Assembly: GCA_021779915.1 (NCBI GenBank)
Contig: JAJXZR010000001.1
Coordinates: 1 to 56,349 of the forward strand
DNA: 56,349 nt
Reading direction: 5' to 3'
From: a bacterium
GTDB lineage: Bacteria; Patescibacteriota; Minisyncoccia; CAIUEV01
This document shows, piece after piece, positions 17,600 through 26,019 of the stretch. Position 1 is the first letter of the stretch, and each line of letters opens with the position of its first letter. The notes under the pieces were generated by a model. It ran no database searches and was not told the origin of the DNA. It worked only from the letters and a program-made list of their open reading frames with translations. A program made the position numbers and the translations under genes.

Positions 17600-19132
17600 A
17601 TGTTTAAAAAAATCATTCGCAGAAATATGGTTCAAATTGTGATTGTATTTGTAGTAACATTCTCGATTTTTTATGCCCTAGAATTTAATTCCCGCAATCC
17701 CTATTTTTCCGGTTATGACAGCTTTTATCATATTGGCATGTCGGAATTAATTATGAAGGAAGGCTTTACTAGACAATTTCCTTATCTCTATTTCACTACT
17801 ATAAATAAAAATTTTTCTGACAATCACCTTTTATTCCATCTCTTAATGATTCCATTTATTAAATTATTCGGGGATGTTGTTGGTCCGAAACTTTTTATTG
17901 TATTGACTTTTTCTCTGGTGTTTGTCTTCTTGTTTATTCTACTTAAGCGGTTAAACTTCGCTTGGGCGCTTCCCTTCACTTTCATTGCTTTTTTTTTAGA
18001 GCCTTCAGATTTCTATTTCCGGATGGCCTTTATCCGTGACCCAACTCCCTCTTTGTTATTCCTTGTAGTCGGATTATTTCTTGTTTATGAAAGGCGGTAT
18101 GTTGCTATTGGAATCCTGTCTTTCCTTTATGGATGGCTATATACAGGTGGAGGGTTCTTATTCCTTCTGACTTATGTGATAATTTATGAAGGAATTTCCC
18201 TGCTCACTAGAAAAAAATTGAATTGGAAAATGCTGATTTATTCCACTCTTGGAACTGCTTTGTCGCTTGTAATAAATCCTTATTTTCCTGCGAATGTGAA
18301 ATCAATATTTCTACAAATATTTCAAACTGGTCTTCAAGCCAAACAATATTCGGGCGGTGAATGGTACCCTTATGACACTTGGTTTTGGTTCTCTATTTCC
18401 TACATTCCTTTGATTATTTGTTTTGGAGCGATTGGAATTGCTCTTTACAAAGGTATTAAAATTTCTCGTTTTTCTCTTTCGGTTTTTATTTTCAGTCTTT
18501 TCCTGATGGTTTTACTTTGGAAATCAAAAAGATTCATCGAATTATGGCCATTTTTTGCAATTCTGAGTGGGATTTTAATTGCGGGCAAACAACTGGAGGA
18601 GTGGGTAAAACAAACAACCAATAGAGTTCTGAGAGAACACTTCAAAAAACATAAACTCCATTTCATTGTTTTACTTTTAGGAATCGGAATACTGGGATCT
18701 ACGTCACTAGTGTTTGCCAGAGGCGAATGGTCAAGAGCCTGGAAGGACACGGCTATGGATTATAACGTTGATAAAGCCAAAGAAGCCCAGGAATTTCTTA
18801 AATCTAAAAGCAATCCGGGAGATATTGTGTTCACGGACGATTGGGACGTTTTTCCTTTGTATTTTTATCTCAACCAAAAAGATTACTACATTGTGGGACT
18901 TGATCCTGAATTTATGAACCAGTTTGACCACAATCTTTATATACAGTTTGCAGCTATTTCTTCTGGTAACGACAATAAGAATCTAGAACGGATCAAGGAT
19001 TTATTCAAGTCCAAATGGGTGATAGTGAAATTCGATCATGCCGAGTTTATTGGTAATCTTCGAGCCCGAAAAGATCTTTTTGATGAAGTTTTTTCCAATG
19101 GTGAGTACTTTGTTTTTAAAGTCAAAGGATAA
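17600..19132 (+). CDS. Multi-pass membrane protein, probable GT-C fold glycosyltransferase
   Basis: DSFYH after the first TM, many TMs, KRF, C-terminal VFTDDWD...GLDP soluble domain; ATG at 17600 preferred over the 17537 start that overlaps mutM. Confidence 0.65.
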   Translation: MFKKIIRRNMVQIVIVFVVTFSIFYALEFNSRNPYFSGYDSFYHIGMSELIMKEGFTRQFPYLYFTTINKNFSDNHLLFHLLMIPFIKLFGDVVGPKLFIVLTFSLVFVFLFILLKRLNFAWALPFTFIAFFLEPSDFYFRMAFIRDPTPSLLFLVVGLFLVYERRYVAIGILSFLYGWLYTGGGFLFLLTYVIIYEGISLLTRKKLNWKMLIYSTLGTALSLVINPYFPANVKSIFLQIFQTGLQAKQYSGGEWYPYDTWFWFSISYIPLIICFGAIGIALYKGIKISRFSLSVFIFSLFLMVLLWKSKRFIELWPFFAILSGILIAGKQLEEWVKQTTNRVLREHFKKHKLHFIVLLLGIGILGSTSLVFARGEWSRAWKDTAMDYNVDKAKEAQEFLKSKSNPGDIVFTDDWDVFPLYFYLNQKDYYIVGLDPEFMNQFDHNLYIQFAAISSGNDNKNLERIKDLFKSKWVIVKFDHAEFIGNLRARKDLFDEVFSNGEYFVFKVKG

Positions 19133-19229
19133 AATCGAAATTAATAGCAGTTTCTCTTGCTTTTTTTGAAAAAGGGGCTTAGTTTAGCTCGTTGGTTTGA
19201 TCATTAAAATTTTAAAAGGAGATATTGCG

Positions 19230-19652
19230 ATGTTGACAAGATTGAAAAGAATGATCGGTTATGTTGTTGTCTTGACGGCAATTTCCTATGGAATGTGTGG
19301 ACTTACATTCTACGCAGTCGGAAATTATTGGTCTGCCACCATAATAATTGGTCTAACGAACGTTCTAGCGGCATTAATGGCCAGTTTTAGAATGGTTGCG
19401 GAAAGAGGACCATCGGTACATTCCGATGCACTTGATCAAGGTTTCGGGCTAGGAACGATTATGTTTATTGGTCAATTTTTGTATGTAATTCCTCAGCTTA
19501 AGGTCATTAATGGTTATCCAAGTTTTTGCATAACTTATTTTGTTTGTGCAATCATACTTGTTACGACTTGGGTTGGAGTTGCGTGGGCATGTACTTTGGG
19601 GGAAAGTTTTCACGAAGCTTTCTTCAAAACCAAAAATGCAGTTATCGATTAG
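19230..19652 (+). CDS. Hypothetical four-TM membrane protein
   Basis: Four hydrophobic segments; AAAGGAG SD upstream of ATG 19230; followed by a terminator. Confidence 0.7.
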   Translation: MLTRLKRMIGYVVVLTAISYGMCGLTFYAVGNYWSATIIIGLTNVLAALMASFRMVAERGPSVHSDALDQGFGLGTIMFIGQFLYVIPQLKVINGYPSFCITYFVCAIILVTTWVGVAWACTLGESFHEAFFKTKNAVID

Positions 19653-19673
19653 TACGTCGATTAGAAAACACAC

Positions 19674-19704
19674 AAAGAGCAACTAAACTTAGTTGCTCTT
19701 TTTT
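19674..19704. terminator. Intrinsic terminator, possibly bidirectional
   Basis: aaagagcaactaa-ac-ttagttgctcttt plus T-run, between convergent genes. Confidence 0.8.
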
Positions 19705-19717
19705 AATTTGATCAGAA

Positions 19718-19993
19718 CTAAATGTTACGGGTTTTATTTTGCCAGCGGGGAAGAGTTGGCATCATTTGGTCGGCCATCATCTCTGCTTCTTGAGGAGTTT
19801 TCCCTAGGAGGGTAATTGTTGCCTGGATGCTACTGGCGCGGACTTGCTCAAAATTCTTAAGTTCTCCCGTTTGTTGATTTTGGCAATGGATACAATAGCG
19901 ATTGTCCAGTGCAGAAGAAATATTTTTATTAAGAGGCATACCACAACTTTCACAAACCAAAGCAACTGGGTTGTCTAATGATTCGTCGGTCAT
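19718..19993 (-). CDS. Zinc-ribbon domain protein (Zn_ribbon_2-like)
   Basis: CESCGMPL, YCIHC, C-terminal MPTLPRW. Confidence 0.85.
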   Translation of the reverse strand: MTDESLDNPVALVCESCGMPLNKNISSALDNRYCIHCQNQQTGELKNFEQVRASSIQATITLLGKTPQEAEMMADQMMPTLPRWQNKTRNI

Positions 19994-20016
19994 AAATTTG
20001 AATAAAAAATATCTAT

Positions 20017-20475
20017 TTATTTCTTCACTACGTAAGTCTTAGCAATTTTATCGTGCAGGCCTTGTTTTTTCTTATCAAAAGCAATCCAGAGAAACCCGAT
20101 CCCCAGGGTAATCCAACTGACGATATATCCAAGATAGCGGATAATAGCTGTTTTCCAGGACAATTTTTCTCCTTTTTCATTTACAATTTTGAGTCCGAAC
20201 AACATTTTTCCCGGACTAGTTGAAAGCACTCCCCAAAATCCGATGGTGTAGAGGATTGGAACTAAAGTTTGCCAGCCGGTAAAGCTGACATTAGCCGTTC
20301 CATCCTGCATGTTGGCGGTTTCGCTTCCAAAGAGAATTCTACCTAAAATTGACAGGATAATCCCGTCAATAATCGTTGCCAGAAGCCTAATCCAAAACCC
20401 TGCGTACTTTTTTGTTTTTACGCTTGGAACTTCCGGATTAGTTTGCTCTTTTGGAGCCTCTGGTTCGTTCTCCAT
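20017..20475 (-). CDS. RDD family membrane protein
   Basis: YAGFWIRLLATIID, SPGKMLFGLKIV, KQGLHDKIAKTYVV. Confidence 0.93.
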   Translation of the reverse strand: MENEPEAPKEQTNPEVPSVKTKKYAGFWIRLLATIIDGIILSILGRILFGSETANMQDGTANVSFTGWQTLVPILYTIGFWGVLSTSPGKMLFGLKIVNEKGEKLSWKTAIIRYLGYIVSWITLGIGFLWIAFDKKKQGLHDKIAKTYVVKK

Positions 20476-20539
20476 TTGTTTTTGATTAAAATTTATTAAA
20501 GATCAAAATTATTTCCTTAAATTATACCACAGTTTTATT

Positions 20540-20578
20540 CTTGATAAACTTGAAAAACCTTATAACTTGAAAAACTAA
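20540..20578. repeat. Family A half element
   Basis: cttgataaacttgaaaaaccttataacttgaaaaactaa. Confidence 0.7.
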
Positions 20579-20656
20579 GTTTTTTGTTGACTTTTTCTAA
20601 TATTTGTCTCACTATAACCCTCGAAAAAGCTGTTTAACAATTCGAGGAGGAACAAG

Positions 20657-21343
20657 ATGGAGAAAAAAATATTCTATAATTTTTTTGAGCTTGGAGACTT
20701 CGTTTACTACAAGCCCTTATTGCCGGATAATCCCCTTAGGAAAGAAGATCTCTACTTAAAGAGGTTGCAGTGCAAAATAGTGGGATTTGAAGAGCTGGCA
20801 ATTGGCCGTAATTCGGAGAAAGCGCTCCAATGGGGAATTAAACCGGGGATTTATAAAAATCTTGATAAAGTAAAGATTAAAATTCCCTTAATTGGTGGGG
20901 AAACCGTTTGGGTTAGGAGAGCTTACGATTTGGAACATTGCAACAAGAAAGTTGCAAAAGAAAGAGCGGTGGCGCTTAAATATTTGAGAGACAAGTATAA
21001 AAATAATGAAGTCGAACTTGCAAGGAAAATTGCCGAAAAAAATTTTATTCGAGATCTTCCTGAAACACCTTTTTGGGAAGATGATTTAGTTGAAATGAAA
21101 AGAGTTTTTGCCGGCAGTATTTACCGAATAATCGACATTGACTATGTCCGCTTACGAGAAATAATCTACAAAGACGAAGAGATGGAAATAGAATATTCTG
21201 CTTACAAGATAATCAATTTGGAAGGCAAAACAAAAGAAGTCAACAAAGATGAAATCAAACTGCTCGTTCGCGGAAAGTATTGGAAAAAAGCACATGACGC
21301 GGATGTTTTGTTGTTTCATCCAAAAACTCTTCACCACGTGTAA
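20657..21343 (+). CDS. Hypothetical protein, possibly two small beta-barrel (SH3/KOW-like) modules
   Basis: GAGGAGG SD before ATG; FELGDFV and FWEDDLV motifs; own terminator. Confidence 0.7.
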   Translation: MEKKIFYNFFELGDFVYYKPLLPDNPLRKEDLYLKRLQCKIVGFEELAIGRNSEKALQWGIKPGIYKNLDKVKIKIPLIGGETVWVRRAYDLEHCNKKVAKERAVALKYLRDKYKNNEVELARKIAEKNFIRDLPETPFWEDDLVEMKRVFAGSIYRIIDIDYVRLREIIYKDEEMEIEYSAYKIINLEGKTKEVNKDEIKLLVRGKYWKKAHDADVLLFHPKTLHHV

Positions 21344-21360
21344 GCAATTTAATAAAATCC

Positions 21361-21392
21361 AAAACGGAATGCCAAAAGGCTTTCCGTTTTTT
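21361..21392 (+). terminator. Intrinsic terminator
   Basis: aaaacggaatgcc-aaaa-ggctttccgtttttt. Confidence 0.75.
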
Positions 21393-21460
21393 ATTTTATG
21401 CTTTAATTACCAAAAATTTAAAAATAGTTGAAAATAGAAAAGTAAAATTTAGATTTTCTT

Positions 21461-22987
21461 ATGAACAATTATACGATAGTGGAAAAACTGAAAAATTGGC
21501 GGGGGGAGCAGGCAATGAAGGAGAATTGTGAACTTTTTCGGATTCTTTCCAATGGAACGATTGAAGAAATCGCCTCTATTTTACCTCGAAATAAAGAGGA
21601 ATTGTTAAAGATTAAAGGAATTAAGGAAAGAAAATTTGAGAAATATGGGAAAGACATTCTTCGAATAGTTACCGGCCTGGAAGAAGGTAATGATTCTGAA
21701 AGCAACGATGAAAATACCCTCTTCTCATTTTTACCAAAAGGCAACAAAGATGAGAAGGAAAAAATTTATTCGGTAGGTGATTTTTTAGATCTGGTAAATC
21801 AAAATTTATCGGGTTTAAGAGCGAGTATAAGAGGAGAAATTACTAGTTTGGACCAGAGGGGCAATTATTTGTTTTTTTCTCTCAAAGACAAAGAAACAGA
21901 GAGTTTAATTAATTGTTTTATGTGGCGGAGTGATTATGAAATATGCAAAGTAGAGATTTCTGAGGGGATGGAAATTATCGCTCATGGAACGCCAGAAGTT
22001 TACAAAAGAAGTGGCCGGTTTACCTTTAGAACTGATGCGATTGAATTGTTTGGAGAAGGAGCCTTGAAAAAAGCTTATGATGAGTTAAAAAGAAAACTTG
22101 AAGAAGAAGGGCTTTTCCTCGAAGAAAGGAAAAAACCACTTGCCGAATATCCTCATCGAATCGGGCTTATTACCTCGCGGGATGGAGCAGTGATCAATGA
22201 TTTTTTAAATAATATCGGTCGATATGGCTATAAAATTACTTTTGTGGATTCCCGGGTGGAAGGTGTGATGGCAGTAAAGGATTTGGTTGAGGCAGTTCGA
22301 TTTTTCAAAAAACATCCGGTCGATGTGCTAGTAATAATCCGTGGTGGAGGAAGTTTGGAAAGTCTACAAGCTTTTAATAATGAAGCCCTTATTCGTGAAG
22401 TAGTAGGACTTGAAATCCCTTTGATGTGTGGAATTGGGCACGACAAAGACGTTCCCTTGCTTTCTTATGTGGCTGACCAAGCCTATTCCACGCCTTCTAT
22501 TGTAGCTAGGGAAATCAATCAATCCTGGGAAAAGGGGGTGGAAAAACTGGGACTTTACCAAGTTGAAGTTTTAAATGCGTTTGATAGAATATTAAAGGAT
22601 TCCAGTTACAATCTGGAGCGTGTTAAAGAGAAAATCAATACGTTTTTTCAAGATATCTCAAATAATTTTAAAGAAAAGGAGCAATCCGTCAAGCATTGGT
22701 TTTTGCTTCTTAATCAGTTAATTAAAATTCAAAAAGAAAAAATAGAAAGGGGGAAAAGTATTATTTTATCGGGTTTTGAAAATAAGTTGAATCACATTTA
22801 TGGCAATATCGATCAATTCGAAAGAAACCTTAAGAATAACGATCCAAGCCACCAATTAAAACTGGGTTACAGTATTTTAACTCTTCAAGGAAAAGTAGTG
22901 CGATCGGTTAAAGATCTCAAAAAGGGCGATGAAATCAGAAATAAACTGAGTGACGGGGAAGTTGTGTCGGAAGTTAGAAATAATTGA
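21461..22987 (+). CDS. xseA: Exodeoxyribonuclease VII large subunit with N-terminal HRDC domain
   Basis: HRDC-like LKNWR...RILSN..IEEIA...P....L..IKGI...KYGKDIL; then GEI..YLFFSLKD, IGLITS..GAVIND, IIRGGGSLESL..FN.E, GIGHDKD, TPS, L.LGYS. Confidence 0.93.
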   Translation: MNNYTIVEKLKNWRGEQAMKENCELFRILSNGTIEEIASILPRNKEELLKIKGIKERKFEKYGKDILRIVTGLEEGNDSESNDENTLFSFLPKGNKDEKEKIYSVGDFLDLVNQNLSGLRASIRGEITSLDQRGNYLFFSLKDKETESLINCFMWRSDYEICKVEISEGMEIIAHGTPEVYKRSGRFTFRTDAIELFGEGALKKAYDELKRKLEEEGLFLEERKKPLAEYPHRIGLITSRDGAVINDFLNNIGRYGYKITFVDSRVEGVMAVKDLVEAVRFFKKHPVDVLVIIRGGGSLESLQAFNNEALIREVVGLEIPLMCGIGHDKDVPLLSYVADQAYSTPSIVAREINQSWEKGVEKLGLYQVEVLNAFDRILKDSSYNLERVKEKINTFFQDISNNFKEKEQSVKHWFLLLNQLIKIQKEKIERGKSIILSGFENKLNHIYGNIDQFERNLKNNDPSHQLKLGYSILTLQGKVVRSVKDLKKGDEIRNKLSDGEVVSEVRNN

Positions 22988-23089
22988 AAATTAAAAATGG
23001 AAAATTGTGGTGTCGCTTCGCGACAATTAATTGAAGGTCGCCAAGGGCGACACCTTAATTTTGCATTTTGATTTTTACATTTTTAATTT
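22983..23089. repeat. Family C element
   Basis: aaaatggaaaattgtggtgtcgcttcgcgac...gtcgccaagggcgacaccttaattttgcattttgatttttacatttt. Confidence 0.85.
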
Positions 23090-23103
23090 AATTTATTAAA
23101 CCC

Positions 23104-23301
23104 ATGGACAAACAAAATTTATCCGAATCCCTTAAAAAACTCGAAGGAATTGCTAATTGGTTCGATAATCAGGAGGAGGTGGATGTGGAGAAGGGACTTC
23201 AGAAAGTCAAAGAAGGTGTAAAATTGATCAAGGAAAGCCGGAAGAGATTGGAGGAAGTAGAGAACGAGTTTGAGGACATTAAAAAGGAACTTGAAAACTA
23301 A
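23104..23301 (+). CDS. xseB: Exodeoxyribonuclease VII small subunit
   Basis: LKKLE.I......VDVEKGL...KEGVKL....KRL..VE pattern; directly downstream of xseA. Confidence 0.92.
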   Translation: MDKQNLSESLKKLEGIANWFDNQEEVDVEKGLQKVKEGVKLIKESRKRLEEVENEFEDIKKELEN

Positions 23302-23909
23302 AGAGTGAAACTGCTGTTATTAAACATATTCATAGACTGCTCAAACCCTTCATGGATCAAAACTTCCAGGACCTCAGTCCCTTTTTTGGAAACGGTCTCA
23401 ATAATCTTTGGCGGAAAACTTTTTAGAATAAATTTTTCCGCCTTAATGTGTCCTTGAAGTTCAGATTTGGCCTTGGAAATTGGTCTTACGCCAATTTTAA
23501 TGCGGGTAAAATTGGTGCTTCCGAGAGATTTAATAATGCTTTCAACTCCTTTATGGCCACCAGAACTCTGGTTAGCTGAAATCTTCAGCTTTCCTAAAAG
23601 AATATCTGAGTCATCATGCACCACGATAATGTCAGCAGTTCTGATTTTCCAAAAATTCTGCGCTTCCCGAACGGCTAGACCTGAATTGTTCATATAGGTT
23701 TGAGGTTTGATAACAATAATCTCCTTTTCGGATGTTTTAATTTTTGCCACTTTGGAGTGAACTTTCTTGGCACTCTCAAAAATTCTTTGACTGTTTGAAA
23801 TAAATTCCTCAACAACCCAAAAACCCGCATTATGAGGAGTTTTTTGGTATTCCGGCGCAGGATTGCCCAGGCCGACGATGAGAATTGTTTTATCAGTAGT
23901 TTGAGACAT
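23298..23909 (-). CDS. pth: Peptidyl-tRNA hydrolase
   Basis: IVGLGNP, HNAGF, KPQTYMNNSG, VHDD, GGHKG, RIKIGV. Confidence 0.96.
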   Translation of the reverse strand: MSQTTDKTILIVGLGNPAPEYQKTPHNAGFWVVEEFISNSQRIFESAKKVHSKVAKIKTSEKEIIVIKPQTYMNNSGLAVREAQNFWKIRTADIIVVHDDSDILLGKLKISANQSSGGHKGVESIIKSLGSTNFTRIKIGVRPISKAKSELQGHIKAEKFILKSFPPKIIETVSKKGTEVLEVLIHEGFEQSMNMFNNSSFTL

Positions 23910-23935
23910 AGTTGAAAAGTAATTTTTAAAAACAC

Positions 23936-24105
23936 GTGTTATCCTCGGCGTGTAGACCGGGGATCCAGTTAGACTAACAAGACTTTATTTTAATATTTAT
24001 CGTTAAAAAATTAAATATATTTAAATCAACGCTTTGCGAGATTAATACTATTCTCCTGGATCCCGGGTCCCTGCCTGCCGGTAGGCAAGAAGCCCGGGAT
24101 GACAC
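23936..24105. mobile_element. Family B element, copy 3 (inverted relative to copy 1), with a 20-bp palindrome inserted in the right hairpin loop
   Basis: gtgttatcctcggcgtgtagaccggggatccag ... ctggatcccgggtc[cctgcctgccggtaggcaag]aagcccgggatgacac. Confidence 0.82.
24070..24089. repeat. Family E 20-bp near-palindrome (CCTGCCTGCCGGYAGGCARG)
   Basis: Exact reverse complement at 52795-52814; variants at 48564-48583 and 51887-51906. Confidence 0.85.
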
Positions 24106-24334
24106 ATAATTAAGTTTTTCCTTTTCTTAAGAGAGGAACTTGTTTAGAAGATTAAGATTTATTTACAAAATTCAAAAATTATAAAAATTAAAATTTATCA
24201 ACTTATTTGCCTAATATAAAATTATTAGCAATAAATATCATTTAGGAAAGAATTTTGGTTAGAAAGACTCGAAAAATTGGCTAAATTATTTTAACGCGTT
24301 AGAGTTTCATACGTCTTATTTTTTTGTATTAAAT

Positions 24335-24706
24335 ATGAGTTCAAAAGTTGTATCACGAAACGAAAAAAGATTATCCAGGCATGGCAGAATCAGAGGCAAA
24401 GTTAAAGGAACGGCTGATTGCCCCAGACTTAACGTTTTTTGTAGTCTGAAGTTTGTTTATGTTCAAGCAATCAATGACGACGAGGGTAAGGTTGTTGCCA
24501 AGGCTCACAGTAAAGAGCTTCAGAAAAAGGGAGAGAAAAAATCTTTAAGTAACATAGAAAGTGCTATTGCTGTAGGAAAAATGATTGCCACGAGGTGTCT
24601 TGAACAAAAAATCGACAAAGTGGTTTTTGACCGCGGAGGTTATAAATATCACGGAAAAATCAAAGCTTTGGCTGATTCAGCCAGAGAAAACGGATTGAAA
24701 TTTTAA
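24335..24706 (+). CDS. rplR: 50S ribosomal protein L18
   Basis: RH.RIRGKV.GT..CPRLNVF.S, VVFDRGGYKYHGKIKALADSARENGLKF. Confidence 0.97.
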   Translation: MSSKVVSRNEKRLSRHGRIRGKVKGTADCPRLNVFCSLKFVYVQAINDDEGKVVAKAHSKELQKKGEKKSLSNIESAIAVGKMIATRCLEQKIDKVVFDRGGYKYHGKIKALADSARENGLKF

Positions 24707-24723
24707 TTGTTATGAATATTTTT

Positions 24724-25425
24724 ATGTCAACAGCTGATCAAAATAGAAATACGCCAGGGGGGAGACAGGAAAACAGGGGTGGTGGTCGTCGCGACTCTCA
24801 TCTAAGAGGAAGAGACAAAAGAGAAAAGGATTTTGACCACAGCCTTCTTCATGTCGCCCGTGTGGCTAGAGTCGTCCAGGGAGGTAGAAGATTCAGTTTC
24901 CGTGCTACGGTTGCCATCGGAGATCGCAAGGGAAAGGTGGGAGTGGGAGTAGCTAAGGGGTCAGACGTATCTACTGCAATTGGTAAGGCAATTCATGATG
25001 CAAAGAAAGATTTAGTATCTTTTCCTATAATTTCCGAAACGATTCCCTATGAGGTCGAAGCCAGATACAAAGGAGCAAAGATCATTATAAAACCTGCTAG
25101 AATTGGGAAAGGTATTGTAGCTGGAGGATCGCTTCGAGTTATCGCAGAATTAGGAGGAATAAAAAATCTGACTGCCAAGAGCCTTGGCTCCAGTAACAAG
25201 ATAAATACTGCCAAAGCAATGCTTGGCGCCTTGAAAGCTATGCGATCCAAGAGAGCTTCTACTCCAATTGAGTTTGAAAATAAGGAAATGGAAAAGGCAG
25301 AGAAGCTCGAGGAGCAGAAAAAGACTCAAGAGAGCCTTGAAAAAGAGGAAGGGGTAAAAGTCTCTCCCGAGATAACGGAGAAAGCTAAATCCGCTCCCGC
25401 CAAAGCCACAACAATCAAGAAATAA
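24724..25425 (+). CDS. rpsE: 30S ribosomal protein S5 with charged N- and C-terminal extensions
   Basis: RVARVVQGGRRFSFRA, GKVGVG, GIVAGG, KSLGSSN; the start could also be 24712. Confidence 0.97.
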   Translation: MSTADQNRNTPGGRQENRGGGRRDSHLRGRDKREKDFDHSLLHVARVARVVQGGRRFSFRATVAIGDRKGKVGVGVAKGSDVSTAIGKAIHDAKKDLVSFPIISETIPYEVEARYKGAKIIIKPARIGKGIVAGGSLRVIAELGGIKNLTAKSLGSSNKINTAKAMLGALKAMRSKRASTPIEFENKEMEKAEKLEEQKKTQESLEKEEGVKVSPEITEKAKSAPAKATTIKK

Positions 25426-25461
25426 AGATAACATTAATTTTAACTAGATTAGTTTAATTTT

Positions 25462-25962
25462 ATGGAATTAAAAGATTTAAAGAAACCAAGCTGGCACAAA
25501 AAATCCAAGAGAATAGGAAGAGGTGGAAAGAGAGGAACTTACTCAGGAAAAGGAAATAAGGGGCAGAAGGCTCGTTCAGGTGGGAATATTGCCCCGGGAT
25601 TTGAAGGACAGGATACTACTTTGGTATCCCGCTCGCCTAAAATTCGTGGTTTTTCCTCTCCTAAACTGAAAAATATTGTTATTAGTTTGGATGTTCTAGA
25701 AAAAAACTTTGTATCCGGTGATTCAGTCAGCCCCAAAACACTGATTGAGAAAAAATTATTAAAACTTAACAAAAAAAGCCGTTCCAAAAAGAAGGCCGTA
25801 GTTAAGATTTTGGGGGAAGGCGAAATTACCAAATCTCTCAAGATTGAAGAGTGTCTGGTTTCGGGGACTGCCCAGGAAGCCATTGTTAAAGCGGGTGGAA
25901 CTGTCACTCAAAAGAAAGCGAAAGTTCAAAAAGAGAGGGCGTCTAAAAAAGTTGAAAAATAA
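25462..25962 (+). CDS. rplO: 50S ribosomal protein L15
   Basis: KRIGRGGKRGTYSGKGNKGQKARSG, GFEG, VKILGEG, AGG. Confidence 0.97.
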   Translation: MELKDLKKPSWHKKSKRIGRGGKRGTYSGKGNKGQKARSGGNIAPGFEGQDTTLVSRSPKIRGFSSPKLKNIVISLDVLEKNFVSGDSVSPKTLIEKKLLKLNKKSRSKKKAVVKILGEGEITKSLKIEECLVSGTAQEAIVKAGGTVTQKKAKVQKERASKKVEK

Positions 25963-26019
25963 AAAACCTGTTTTCTTGACAGGCGAGTTCTGCTTTCAGA
26001 TAAAAAGTTAAAAGATTAA

